64,000 nucleotides of DNA from an uncultured bacterium. Lineage in GTDB: Bacteria > UBA8481. The notes under the pieces are model-generated. The model saw only the letters and a list, made by a program, of their open reading frames with translations, had not been told where the DNA came from and ran no database searches. The position numbers were made by a program, and so were the translations under genes. How positions within the stretch are numbered: position 1 is the stretch's first letter; each line of letters begins with the position of its first letter. The stretch spans positions 62,001-126,000 of the forward strand of contig CAZCME010000008.1 in NCBI GenBank assembly GCA_964499705.1, given 5' to 3'. Of the stretch, positions 29,315 to 39,028 are shown one piece after another.

Positions 29315-31203
29315 CCCGGATCATGAAGAATGCGGAGTCCGGAAATCGCTTTTTTCGGGGGGGAAGTTTCATGCACAAAGTGAGTTTCATGCGCGGGGCA
29401 AGTTTTATGCGCAGGGCGAGCTCCATGAGGACGCTTGGAGGCGTCGCCCTGATGATCATCGTCTTTTCAGGGATCGGCTCGTTCGCGGAATCCTCATCCT
29501 ACGTCGTGCGCCCCGGCGACACGCTTTGGAACATCGCGGCGCGCGAGATGGGCGACGGCCGGAGATGGTTGGACATCGCCCAGGCGAATCAGCTTCAGGA
29601 GCCGTACAAGATCGAAATCGGGCAGGTGCTTGCCATCCCGGATTCTGCTTCTCGCACCACCCCGGGTTCCGCTCCTCGCACCACCCCGGATTCCGCTCCT
29701 CGCACCACAACGCCCCCATCACCGATTCCGCCGATCCCATCGATGCCGGCACGGCCACCGATGCCGAAACCTTCCGCATCGACGGAGGTTTCTCCAGCGT
29801 CCGAAGCATCCTTATCCTTTTCCGCCGCCGACTCATCAACCGTATCGGATACGGCCGCGCTCGCCTTGCCCACGCTTCCGCGCACCATCGTCGCCTTGCC
29901 GTCTTTCCAGACCGACGCCACCATCGTCAGTCCCTCCTCGGTTTCCTCCGATGCCCTCACGCAACCGCTTCTTCTGGAAGACGCCGTCTCGCTCGGCTTG
30001 AAGCGGGCTCCGGAAATCGCGGGAGCCGTGGCGGCGGTCCGAAGGGCCAGGGCGGATCATGGAGTCGCATGGTCCGGAGCGCTCCCGCAGGTCTCTGCCA
30101 CGGGCGACGCGCGCCGGACGGAGACATTCAAGTCCACGTCGACGCTGGGAGTCGACGAATATTCCGCGGGCGGCGGCGTCACGATCACGCAGGCTCTCTT
30201 CAGCTTCGGCCGCCTCTCCAGCGCTCTCAAATCGGCATCGGCCCAGGAAGCCGCCTCCCTCGCTTCTCTCGCGGCGGCGAAAAGTCGGGTGCGTTTCCGC
30301 GTGGAGACCGCCTTTCTCTCGCTTCTGCTCCAGAAGATCCGCGAGGAAGTCGCGCGCGACGCGGTGGAAGCCGCCGCCGAGCTCGAGCGCCGGGCGCGTG
30401 TCCGCGAATCCGCGGGCGCCGGAACGCTCTTCGACATCTCCCGCGCGCTCGCGGAACGCGCGTCCCGCGAGGCGCGCCACGCCGCCGCGGCCGCCGGCAT
30501 CGAGACATCGCGCGAGGAGCTGGCCGTCGCCATGGGTTTTGCTCCGGGTACATCTCTCGACATCGACGGAGATCTCTTCGCGGCGCCGCTTCCTGTTCCC
30601 GCCGCGGAGGCCGTCCGGATCGGCATGACGGAACGGCCCGATCTCGCGGCGCTCTCGTATTCCGTGAAGTCGGGCGAAGCGCTGATCGACTATGAACGCG
30701 CGCAGGGCAATCCGTCGCTCGGAGCGACCGCATCCTTCAGCTACACCCGCCACGATTACATAACGGCCTCCCCTTTCTTCAAGGGCCAGGACGCCTCCTC
30801 GGGCTTCATCGGCATCGGTGTCACCATTCCGCTCTTTGACGGCTTTCGCGTCCGCGAGCGCGTCCGTTCGCAGACGGCATCGGTCGACGAGCTGAAATCG
30901 CGACAGGATCGGGCGCGGCTCGACGCGGAACGCGAAATCCGCGCGGTCTACTTCGACCTGGGCGCGGCTCAGAAGGCGATCGCGGCCCGACGCGCGGGCG
31001 TGAGCGCCGCCCGCGAAGCTCTTCGAATGGCGCAGGTCTCGTTCGAAGCCGGGCGCGCCACGGCGCTCGATGTCATCCAGGCCTCCGCCGCGCTCGCGGA
31101 GGCCGCGGGCGCGGAGGCGGAATCGGCTTATTCCTTTCGCTTCGGCCTCGCACGGCTCATCGCTGCAACTGGCACGGACGCTGTCATGGAGAAGATGCTA
31201 TGA
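29311..31203 (+). CDS. LysM-domain / TolC-family outer membrane efflux protein fusion
   Basis: YVVRPGDTLWNIA..QVLAIP LysM, Pro/Ser/Thr linker, OEP repeats (LPQVS, VTIPLFDG); start uncertain. Confidence 0.85.
   Translation: MTRIMKNAESGNRFFRGGSFMHKVSFMRGASFMRRASSMRTLGGVALMIIVFSGIGSFAESSSYVVRPGDTLWNIAAREMGDGRRWLDIAQANQLQEPYKIEIGQVLAIPDSASRTTPGSAPRTTPDSAPRTTTPPSPIPPIPSMPARPPMPKPSASTEVSPASEASLSFSAADSSTVSDTAALALPTLPRTIVALPSFQTDATIVSPSSVSSDALTQPLLLEDAVSLGLKRAPEIAGAVAAVRRARADHGVAWSGALPQVSATGDARRTETFKSTSTLGVDEYSAGGGVTITQALFSFGRLSSALKSASAQEAASLASLAAAKSRVRFRVETAFLSLLLQKIREEVARDAVEAAAELERRARVRESAGAGTLFDISRALAERASREARHAAAAAGIETSREELAVAMGFAPGTSLDIDGDLFAAPLPVPAAEAVRIGMTERPDLAALSYSVKSGEALIDYERAQGNPSLGATASFSYTRHDYITASPFFKGQDASSGFIGIGVTIPLFDGFRVRERVRSQTASVDELKSRQDRARLDAEREIRAVYFDLGAAQKAIAARRAGVSAAREALRMAQVSFEAGRATALDVIQASAALAEAAGAEAESAYSFRFGLARLIAATGTDAVMEKML
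29641..29710 (+). repeat. Coding 24-nt tandem repeat ((D/G)SAPRTTP)x3
   Basis: Near-identical TCCGCTCCTCGCACCACCCCGG units in the linker. Confidence 0.8.
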
Positions 31204-32342
31204 AGAAAAACCGGATCGCTTCGACCATCGTAATCGGAGTGATAACCCTGATGTCGGCCTGCGGCAAGCCTGCTCCCGCGCCGGAAACACCTCCCGTATC
31301 CGTGGTTTCGATGACCGTGCATCCCACCGTACTCGTCATCGCCTACAAGGGTTCCGCCACGTTGGAGGCCGCCGACAAGGCGGATGTTTCCGCGGAGATC
31401 ACGGGCCGCGTCCGCGACCTGCTCGCGGATGAGGGCGACGAGGTTCGCGCGGGTGCGCTCCTGGCGCGGCTCGATCCATCCGTTCTCGCGTCCTCCGCGT
31501 CGGAAGCTTCCGCCCGACTGGCCGACGCGCAGATCGCGCTCGACGATGCCCGGCAGGACCGGGAGCGCATCGCGCGGCTTCGACGCGAGGGTGTCGCATC
31601 GCAGGAGGAAATGGACAAGGGCGCGATGCGCGTCAAGCGCGCGGAGGAGGGCGTCGCCGCGATTCGAGGATCCTCCAGCGCCGCGACCGCTCAGCTCGCC
31701 CGGGCCTCGATCGTGTCGCCCATTCCTGGCGTCGTGACGCGCCGATGGGTCGAGATCGGCGAAACCGCGTCCACCGGCAAGATGCTTTTTCGGATCGAGG
31801 ATCTCACGTCTCTGAAAGCCGTCCTGAACGTTCCCGAGCGCGAGGTCGGTACGATCGCGGCGGGCGACCGCGTCGAGATCACGGTCGACGGAGGAACCAT
31901 CACGGGACAGGTCACGTACGTATCCCCTTCCGCGGATCCGGTCGCGAGAACTGTCAAGATCGAAGCGCTCATTCCCAACGACACGGGCCGGGTCCGGTCC
32001 GGCGTCTTCGTCGAAGTCTCCGTCATCCGCGCCGTGCTCCCCAACATCATCGCCATTCCCAAGACGGCGCTTGTGTATCGTTCCAGCGGAGCGGCGGCCC
32101 TTTACGTCATCGAGAACGACGTGGTGAAGCGTCGCGAGGTGCAGCTCGGCGCTTCAACGGAAACGCTCGTGGAGATCCGGGAGGGACTTCGATCCGGTGA
32201 GACGATCGTGCCCGCCGACGTCTCGACGCTCTCTGACGGCGTGAAGGTCAGCGCGAAAACTTCGGCGAGCGGCGAGTCCTCGCCGTCGCCGGCCTCACTG
32301 CCCCATGAGTTGCCGGCCAGGGCCCCGTCCGACACTCCCTGA
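31200..32342 (+). CDS. RND efflux periplasmic adaptor (MFP), lipoprotein
   Basis: Lipobox SAC; lipoyl motifs GRVRDLLADEGDEV and SPIPGVV. Confidence 0.92.
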   Translation: MKKNRIASTIVIGVITLMSACGKPAPAPETPPVSVVSMTVHPTVLVIAYKGSATLEAADKADVSAEITGRVRDLLADEGDEVRAGALLARLDPSVLASSASEASARLADAQIALDDARQDRERIARLRREGVASQEEMDKGAMRVKRAEEGVAAIRGSSSAATAQLARASIVSPIPGVVTRRWVEIGETASTGKMLFRIEDLTSLKAVLNVPEREVGTIAAGDRVEITVDGGTITGQVTYVSPSADPVARTVKIEALIPNDTGRVRSGVFVEVSVIRAVLPNIIAIPKTALVYRSSGAAALYVIENDVVKRREVQLGASTETLVEIREGLRSGETIVPADVSTLSDGVKVSAKTSASGESSPSPASLPHELPARAPSDTP

Positions 32343-35300
32343 ATGGCTCTCTACGATACCTGCATCAGGCGGCCCGTCTTCGCGACGATGCTCACCGTTG
32401 CGCTCGTCGTTCTCGGGCTCTTCTCCTTCCTCGACCTCGGCCTCGATCTCTTCCCCAAGATCGATCTTCCGACGATCACGATCAACACGTCCTTCCCCGG
32501 CGCGGCGCCGGAAGAAGTCGAAGCGCAGATCACGAAGCCGATCGAGGAAGCGGTCAACACGATCTCCAACATCGACGAGCTCCGCTCCACCAGCTTCGAG
32601 GGATTTTCCCAGGTCATCGTCGTCTTCAAGCTCGACAAGAACGCCGACATCGCCTCGCAGGAAGTGCGCGACCGCATCGCGAGAGTTCAGGGACTCATGC
32701 CCGAGGGCGTGCAACCGCCCGTCGTCCAGAAATTCGATCCTGACGCAGCGCCCGTCGTTTCGATCGCGGTCGCTGGAGATCTGCCGCTGCGGACGATCAC
32801 GGAGCTCGCCCGGAAGCGGGTGAAGGAGCCGCTCGAATCCGTCAACGGCGTAGGCGCGGTAGAGATCACGGGCGGCCGCGAGCGCGAAATCCGGCTTGTC
32901 CTCGACGCCGACCGGCTCGCCGCGTTCAACGTCCCCGTCCAGGATGTGGTGTCGGCGTTGCGGCGGGAGAACGTCGAAATTCCGGGCGGCAAGGTGGAAC
33001 AGCGCGATCGCCAGCTCGTCCTGCGCACCGTCGGCCGGATCGTCAAGCCCGAGGAATTCGGAGGGATCGTCGTGGCGCGACGCGGCGAAGGCGCGACTCA
33101 ATCCGAAATCCGGGTGAGCGACATCGGGCGTGTGGAGGATTCCGAGGAGGAAGCCCGGAGCGCGGCTCGGTACGACGGAAGAACGTCCGTCATGGTAGTC
33201 GTGCGGAAGCAGTCGGGACAAAACACGGTGGAAGTGGTCAAGCGCATCCAGGAGCGACTGGAGGAACTCCGCCCGTCTCTTCCTCCGGGCTTGAACGCGG
33301 AGATCGTCCGCAACCAGGCCGACTTCATCATCAACTCGATCCACGAAGTGTACATCCATCTCATCCTGGGAGGACTCCTCGCTTCGCTCACGACGTATTT
33401 CTTCATGCGCGACTGGAGATCGACGCTCATCGCGGGCGTCGCAATACCGGTCTCCATCATCGCGACATTCACGCTGATGCGCGCGCTCGGCTTCACCCTG
33501 AACAACATGACGCTGCTGGGTCTCACCATCGCGGTCGGCATCGTCATCGACGACGCGCTCGTCGTCCTGGAGAACATTTTCCGCCACATCGACGAGGAGC
33601 ATCAGAAGCCGTTCGACGCGGCGCTGAAGGGCACGCGCGAGATCGCGCTCGCCGTCACGGCGACGACCTTCTCGCTCGTCGTCATCTTCCTCCCCATCGG
33701 CTTCATGGGCGGCATCGTCGGCCGGTTCCTCTCCTCCTTCGGTCTGACGGTCGCCTGCGCGATCATGGTCTCGCTCCTCGTCTCCTTCACCCTCACGCCC
33801 ATGCTCTGCGCACGCATGCTGCGCCGCTCGCCAAAGGGCTCCGCGCACGATTCGCACCTCAACATGGCGATCTCCAACGCCTACATGAAGATGCTCCGGT
33901 GGTCGATGGCTCACCGCGTGTGGGTCGTCGTCATCGCTCTTCTCGTCGTCGTTTCGACGATCCCCGCCGGCATGGCCGTCGGCAAGGACTTCTTCCCTCC
34001 CGACGACCAGGGCGAGTTCGAGATCGTCGTCTCCGGCCCGGAAGGCTGGTCGCTCGAACGCTCCCTGAAGCTCGTCGACGAGCTCGAAGCGCAAGTGCGC
34101 GCCTTCCCCGAGGTGGCGCACATTCTTTCGAGCGTGGGCGAGGGCGACGCGTCATCGCCGTCGGATATGAAGCTCTACGTCAGGATGACGCCCCTGGAGA
34201 AGAGAAAGATCACGCAATTCGAAGTGATGGCGATGGCCCGGCAGCTCCTGAAGGCCCATCCGGAGCTGCGCGGCGCGGTGCAGTATGTCGGAGCCATTTC
34301 CGGTGGCGGCTTCCGCCAGCAGATCATCAACCTGAACCTGCACGGCCCGGATCTCTCCCGCCTCGCCGAATTCACATCGAAGCTGATCGACGCGATGAAA
34401 CGGATTCCGGGACTTGTCGACATCGATTCCACGCTTAAGCTCGGCAAGCCGGAACTGCGAGTCCGGATCGACCGGATGCGCGCCGCCGATCTCGGCGTCT
34501 CCGTCCGCGACATCGCGGACGCGCTCCGATTTCTCGTCGGCGGAGATCTGAAGGTGACGGAATACCGGGAAGGCGACGAAGTGTACGACGTGAAGATCCG
34601 CGCGGAGGAGAAGAATCGGACTCTCGCGTCGGATATCGCCAACATCCGCGTGCCGTCACGATCGGGCGTCGTCGTGCCGCTCTCGTCCTTCGCGACGATC
34701 GAGGAAGCGACGGGACCGACACAGATCGACCGGCAGAACCGGCAGCGCCAGGTGACGCTCCTGGCCAACACCGCTCCAGGCGTTACACTGGGCGACGCCG
34801 TATCGAAGATCCAGGAGACGGCGCGCGGCATGGAACTTCCCCCCGGGTATTCCTACGAGTTCACCGGCCGCGCCAAGACGATGGCCGAATCGTTCCGCAA
34901 CTTCGCGCTGGCTTTCGCGCTCTCGTTCATCTTCATGTACATGATTCTCGCCGCGCAATTCGAGTCCTTCATCCATCCGATCACGATCATGCTCGCGCTG
35001 CCGCTCTGCATTCCCTTCGCCCTCATCTCCCTGATCGCGGGCGGCATGTCCCTCAATATCTACTCGATCCTCGGCCTGTTCATGCTCTTCGGCGTCGTGA
35101 AAAAGAACGGCATCCTCCAGATCGACTACACCAACACGCTCCGAGCCCGCGGCATGGAACGGCACGAGGCGATCCTCGAGGCCAACCGCGCGCGCATCCG
35201 GCCGATTCTCATGACGACGATCACGCTCGTGCTGGGAATGGTTCCCCTGGCTCTCGGCCGGGGCTCCGGTTCCGCCTCGCGCGCCACGATGGCGATCGCC

Positions 35301-35423
35301 ATCATCGGAGGACAGACGCTATCGCTTCTGATTTCACTGCTGGTGACTCCGGTGGCGTACTCGTACTTCGACGATTTCACGCAGTGGATGAAACGAAAGC
35401 TGGGCTGGCATGCGGAGGTGTAG
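32343..35423 (+). CDS. RND efflux permease (AcrB/MdtC family)
   Basis: IRRPVFA, GIVIDDALVVLENI, GVVKKNGIL, RIRPILMT. Confidence 0.95.
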   Translation: MALYDTCIRRPVFATMLTVALVVLGLFSFLDLGLDLFPKIDLPTITINTSFPGAAPEEVEAQITKPIEEAVNTISNIDELRSTSFEGFSQVIVVFKLDKNADIASQEVRDRIARVQGLMPEGVQPPVVQKFDPDAAPVVSIAVAGDLPLRTITELARKRVKEPLESVNGVGAVEITGGREREIRLVLDADRLAAFNVPVQDVVSALRRENVEIPGGKVEQRDRQLVLRTVGRIVKPEEFGGIVVARRGEGATQSEIRVSDIGRVEDSEEEARSAARYDGRTSVMVVVRKQSGQNTVEVVKRIQERLEELRPSLPPGLNAEIVRNQADFIINSIHEVYIHLILGGLLASLTTYFFMRDWRSTLIAGVAIPVSIIATFTLMRALGFTLNNMTLLGLTIAVGIVIDDALVVLENIFRHIDEEHQKPFDAALKGTREIALAVTATTFSLVVIFLPIGFMGGIVGRFLSSFGLTVACAIMVSLLVSFTLTPMLCARMLRRSPKGSAHDSHLNMAISNAYMKMLRWSMAHRVWVVVIALLVVVSTIPAGMAVGKDFFPPDDQGEFEIVVSGPEGWSLERSLKLVDELEAQVRAFPEVAHILSSVGEGDASSPSDMKLYVRMTPLEKRKITQFEVMAMARQLLKAHPELRGAVQYVGAISGGGFRQQIINLNLHGPDLSRLAEFTSKLIDAMKRIPGLVDIDSTLKLGKPELRVRIDRMRAADLGVSVRDIADALRFLVGGDLKVTEYREGDEVYDVKIRAEEKNRTLASDIANIRVPSRSGVVVPLSSFATIEEATGPTQIDRQNRQRQVTLLANTAPGVTLGDAVSKIQETARGMELPPGYSYEFTGRAKTMAESFRNFALAFALSFIFMYMILAAQFESFIHPITIMLALPLCIPFALISLIAGGMSLNIYSILGLFMLFGVVKKNGILQIDYTNTLRARGMERHEAILEANRARIRPILMTTITLVLGMVPLALGRGSGSASRATMAIAIIGGQTLSLLISLLVTPVAYSYFDDFTQWMKRKLGWHAEV

Positions 35424-35454
35424 AGCCCCGGCTTGACACCAGACGACGTTCCCG

Positions 35455-36309
35455 TCACCCCTCGAAGCGAACGTCCTCGCAGTTCCTGAACCTCGTTCGC
35501 ATCACGGCCAACGCTTCCGGATTGCTGTCGACGAGAATGAATTTGCGGCCCTGGGCGCGGGCGGCAACGCCCGTCGTGCCGCTGCCGGCGAAGAAATCGA
35601 GAACGACGTCGCCGGGATGCGACGACGCGGAGATGATCCGGTTCATGATGCCGAGAGGTTTCTGGGTCGGATATCCGGTCTTCTCCTTGCCGGTCGGCGA
35701 GACGATCGTATGCCACCATGTGTCGGTCGGAGTCTTTCCGCGCGCGGCCTTCTCGGGCGTCACGAGTCCCGGAGCCATGTAGGGAATCCGCTCGATGGCC
35801 TCGTAGTTGAAGATGTAATTTTCCGGATCGCGCGCGTACCAGAGGATGTTGTCGTGCTTGGCGGGCCATTTGCGCCGCGTGCGCGCTCCGTAGTCGTAGG
35901 CCCAGATGATCTCGTTCAGGAACGAGGAGCGCCCGAAGATCTCGTCGAGCAACACCTTGCAGTAATGCACCTCGCGATAATCGATGTGGAAGAAGAGACT
36001 GCCGTCCTTCGTGAGGAGGCGTCGCGCCTCCCGCAGTCGCGGCTCGAGAAACGCGCAGAAATCGTTGAACCGGTCGGCATAGGAACTGCGGCTGATCTCC
36101 TCCGTGCGGAATATTCTTCCCTTGAATCCCGTTCGATCGCCGGCGTCGTCGCGCACCGTCTTCAGGTTTCTCCTCGACTGGATCTTCCCCGTGTTGAACG
36201 GCGGATCGATGTAGATGAGCCTTACCGAGTGATTCGAAAGAGTTTTCAGCACAGACAGGTTTTCGCCAAGAATGACGCGGTTCACACGCCGCTTTTCTTC
36301 ATCCTTCAT
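35455..36309 (-). CDS. Orphan N4/N6 DNA methyltransferase (beta class)
   Basis: DPPF motif IV N-terminal; YPTQKP and DFFAGSGTT motif I C-terminal. Confidence 0.92.
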   Translation of the reverse strand: MKDEEKRRVNRVILGENLSVLKTLSNHSVRLIYIDPPFNTGKIQSRRNLKTVRDDAGDRTGFKGRIFRTEEISRSSYADRFNDFCAFLEPRLREARRLLTKDGSLFFHIDYREVHYCKVLLDEIFGRSSFLNEIIWAYDYGARTRRKWPAKHDNILWYARDPENYIFNYEAIERIPYMAPGLVTPEKAARGKTPTDTWWHTIVSPTGKEKTGYPTQKPLGIMNRIISASSHPGDVVLDFFAGSGTTGVAARAQGRKFILVDSNPEALAVMRTRFRNCEDVRFEG

Positions 36310-36324
36310 TCTTCATGCTTCATC
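36297..36324. repeat. Heptamer tandem array (CTTCATN)x4
   Basis: CTTCATC CTTCATT CTTCATG CTTCATC. Confidence 0.75.
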
Positions 36325-36338
36325 CCTATAATGGGACC

Positions 36339-36695
36339 ATGGTCAGGAACATCGAGCTGGGCCGGCGGGGCGAGGAGGAAGCGGCGCGCTTTCTCGAAGC
36401 CAGGGGCTTCCGGATCGAGGCCCGCAATGTCCGGACGCGTTTCGGGGAGATCGATCTCATCGCGCGCGATGTGCGCACTGTCATCTTCGTCGAAGTGAAG
36501 ACCCGATCCTCGGACGAATCCGGGATGCCGCTGGAAGCCATTCCCGGCCGCAAGGCCGCACGGCTCCGGAGACTGGCGGAAGCCTGGGCCGCCGATCACG
36601 ATGTGCCGGATTCCATCGATCTCCGGATCGACTGCATCGGCGTCGTCTTCAAGGACGCGGGCGCGATCATCGAGCATGTGGAGGACGCCGTATAG
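36339..36695 (+). CDS. yraN: YraN family (UPF0102) putative endonuclease
   Basis: LGRRGEEEA, GEIDLIA, FVEVKTR, RIDCI; TATAAT 6 nt upstream. Confidence 0.9.
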   Translation: MVRNIELGRRGEEEAARFLEARGFRIEARNVRTRFGEIDLIARDVRTVIFVEVKTRSSDESGMPLEAIPGRKAARLRRLAEAWAADHDVPDSIDLRIDCIGVVFKDAGAIIEHVEDAV

Positions 36696-37384
36696 GTGGA
36701 CCACGTTCTCCGGAAGATGTGTTCCGCTCCATTCCCTTCATCCGCCCGGGCCCGCGCCAGGAAGGCGATCGTCTTCGGGTCGCCCGGATAGCCCGACCCG
36801 AGCGGCCCGAATCGCTCCTCGTACGTCTCGTTCAATGTCTCGATCTCCGCATCGCGCCTCGTCTTGGCGATGATCGACGCGGCGGCCGTGATCGGATACG
36901 TGCTGTCGGCCTTATGCTCGGCCACGATGACCGGGTTATCCGAGAGCAACCTCCTCAATGAAGAACAGAACTTTTCCGCCGAAGGACCGATGAGATCTAT
37001 ATAGACGCGATGAGGGGCAAGCGTTTCGACGATCCGCGCCATCCGCGAGATTTCGAGACCGTTCAACGTCATCGCGCGGTCCCGCACTGCCGCATCGATA
37101 TCCGAAGGTGGGATTACTTCCTCATGAATGATGATGCCGGGGAGCGCGCGCAATTCTTCGGCGATCGCGCGGCGACGGGATGGCGACAATTTCTTGGAAT
37201 CGCGCACACCGATCCGTGTCAATTCTTCCAGGGCGCTCTCATCAAGAAGCACTCCCGCGATCACCATCGGTCCGACGACGGGGCCCCGTCCCGCCTCGTC
37301 GATTCCCGCGATCCGCACGGTTGGGGAAAGTGCGGCGGCAATTCCCGGACGACCGGAACAACCCGCGCGCGTCGACCACGTCAC
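36596..37384 (-). CDS. rnhB: Ribonuclease HII
   Basis: GIDEAGRGPVVGPMV, DSKKL, KAD, AAASIIAK; start uncertain. Confidence 0.9.
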   Translation of the reverse strand: MTWSTRAGCSGRPGIAAALSPTVRIAGIDEAGRGPVVGPMVIAGVLLDESALEELTRIGVRDSKKLSPSRRRAIAEELRALPGIIIHEEVIPPSDIDAAVRDRAMTLNGLEISRMARIVETLAPHRVYIDLIGPSAEKFCSSLRRLLSDNPVIVAEHKADSTYPITAAASIIAKTRRDAEIETLNETYEERFGPLGSGYPGDPKTIAFLARARADEGNGAEHIFRRTWSTYTASSTCSMIAPASLKTTPMQSIRRSMESGTS

Positions 37385-38190
37385 GGTCGGAAGATCGCCA
37401 CAACCTCGACGCGGCGGTTGGCGGCCAGCGCCTCCTTCGTGCCGGACGCATCGCGCGGCACATCCTCGCCGCGCGCGATGACGGTGAAGTGATCGCCGGA
37501 AACGCCCAGCATCTCCCGGAGCACCTTCACGACGGCGGCGGCGCGGGCGGCGGAGAGTTCGATCCCATGTCCGCGCTCCTTGTTGTCCGAATGCCCGGCG
37601 ACCGTGATATGCGCGGACGATTTCAGTTTCTCCTCCGCGATCCTGATCCGCTGAACCTGCTCCGCGGACAGCCCCCTGGCGCCGGGCGCGAAGAGCAGGT
37701 CATCGAAGACGACGATCGAAGTCTCGCGGCTGGCCCGCTCGCGCACGAGCTCGTATCGCACGGCTTCAAGCTCCAGCTTCATCCGATCGATCTCCACCTG
37801 CAGATTGTCCATATCCTGGCGCGATACTCCGGCCGCGCGCTCCGCTTCCGCCAGCGTCGCGTCGAGCGTCCGCCTTGTGTTGACGAGTTCCACCGCGTTT
37901 TCCCGCAGCGTCTCGTTCTCCCGCTCCAGGGCGAGCACCCGCCCTTCCTGCCGGGCGCGCTCCGACTCCACTCCCGCCATGCGCTCCCGCAGGACCGCCT
38001 TCTCCGTCTCCGCCAGCTTTCTCTCCGCTTCCAGCTCGCGATAGAATTCCGAGCGGAGCATGTAATGTTCCTGCAACGGCACGCCTGTGCAACCGGTCAC
38101 GAACGACTGCAGCAGGATGAGAAGAAGGATCACGCGATGGCGTGGATCGGTCTTGACCGCAGCGAGAAGGGATATCAAACTTCGAGGCAT
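37381..38190 (-). CDS. Coiled-coil lipoprotein with C-terminal OmpA/MotB-like domain
   Basis: Lipobox VTGC, coiled coil, GHSD, LSAARA, NRRVEV; start uncertain. Confidence 0.75.
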   Translation of the reverse strand: MPRSLISLLAAVKTDPRHRVILLLILLQSFVTGCTGVPLQEHYMLRSEFYRELEAERKLAETEKAVLRERMAGVESERARQEGRVLALERENETLRENAVELVNTRRTLDATLAEAERAAGVSRQDMDNLQVEIDRMKLELEAVRYELVRERASRETSIVVFDDLLFAPGARGLSAEQVQRIRIAEEKLKSSAHITVAGHSDNKERGHGIELSAARAAAVVKVLREMLGVSGDHFTVIARGEDVPRDASGTKEALAANRRVEVVAIFRP

Positions 38191-39028
38191 GACGATCGAG
38201 AGTCTAACTGCTCCCACGGAGGCTATCAACATCATCGTACAGATCGCCCTGGACGAGGATGCCGCGCGACACGACAAGACGACGCAGCTGCTGCCGGAGG
38301 AAACGCTCGTGGACGGCGCGATCGTCGCGAGACACAGGTCCGTCGTCTGCGGCATCGACGCCGTCGCAGCGGCCTTCGGTAACTCGGTCCGCATCACGTC
38401 GGCGGTGCGCGACGGCGAGATCGTCGCGGCGAAGTCCGACATCGCGGTCTTCTCCGGCTCGGCGCGGGCGATCCTTCCCGCCGAACGCACGATCCTGAAT
38501 CTTCTCGGCCGACTTTCAGGAATCGCCACGCTCACCCGCAAGCACGTCGACAAGCTCGATCCGAAATCGGACACGCAGATCCTCGATACCCGCAAGACGA
38601 CGCCGGGATTGCGGCTGCTGGAAAAATACGCGGTGCGCTGCGGCGGAGGCCACAATCACCGGATGACGCTGGCGGAGATGGTCTTCATCAAGGACAACCA
38701 CATCGCGGCGGCCCGGGACCTGAAGAAACTGATCGGTGGAAGGCAGGCCAAGGATTTTCTCCTCATCGAGGTGGACAGCCTCGATCGGCTCAGGGAAATC
38801 CTTCCGTTCAAGCCCAATCGCATCCTGCTGGATAACCTCTCCGACGCCGAGGTCGCGGAAGCGCTGAAGATCGTCGGCAAGAAGAAGCGTCCGGAGATCG
38901 AAGTCTCGGGCGGCATCACGCTCGACCGCGTCACCACGCTCTCGAAGCTCGGCGTCGATTTCATTTCCGTCGGAGCGCTCACGCATTCCGCTCCCGCCGC
39001 CGATTTTGCGCTGGAGATTCGCCGTTGA
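38189..39028 (+). CDS. nadC: Quinolinate phosphoribosyltransferase
   Basis: ERTILN, SGIAT, DTRKTTPG, HR, IKDNH, LLDN, SGGI, SVGALTH. Confidence 0.93.
   Translation: MTIESLTAPTEAINIIVQIALDEDAARHDKTTQLLPEETLVDGAIVARHRSVVCGIDAVAAAFGNSVRITSAVRDGEIVAAKSDIAVFSGSARAILPAERTILNLLGRLSGIATLTRKHVDKLDPKSDTQILDTRKTTPGLRLLEKYAVRCGGGHNHRMTLAEMVFIKDNHIAAARDLKKLIGGRQAKDFLLIEVDSLDRLREILPFKPNRILLDNLSDAEVAEALKIVGKKKRPEIEVSGGITLDRVTTLSKLGVDFISVGALTHSAPAADFALEIRR

Noticed and set aside
32295-34121. 608-aa minus-strand ORF
   Set aside because: Antisense shadow of the RND permease
35455-36695. MTase plus YraN as a restriction-modification pair
   Set aside because: YraN is a widespread housekeeping-context gene normally found near rnhB; no evidence of REase function
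38191-38655. Extended N-terminus of the OmpA-like ORF
   Set aside because: Antisense to nadC; the lipoprotein signal lies downstream
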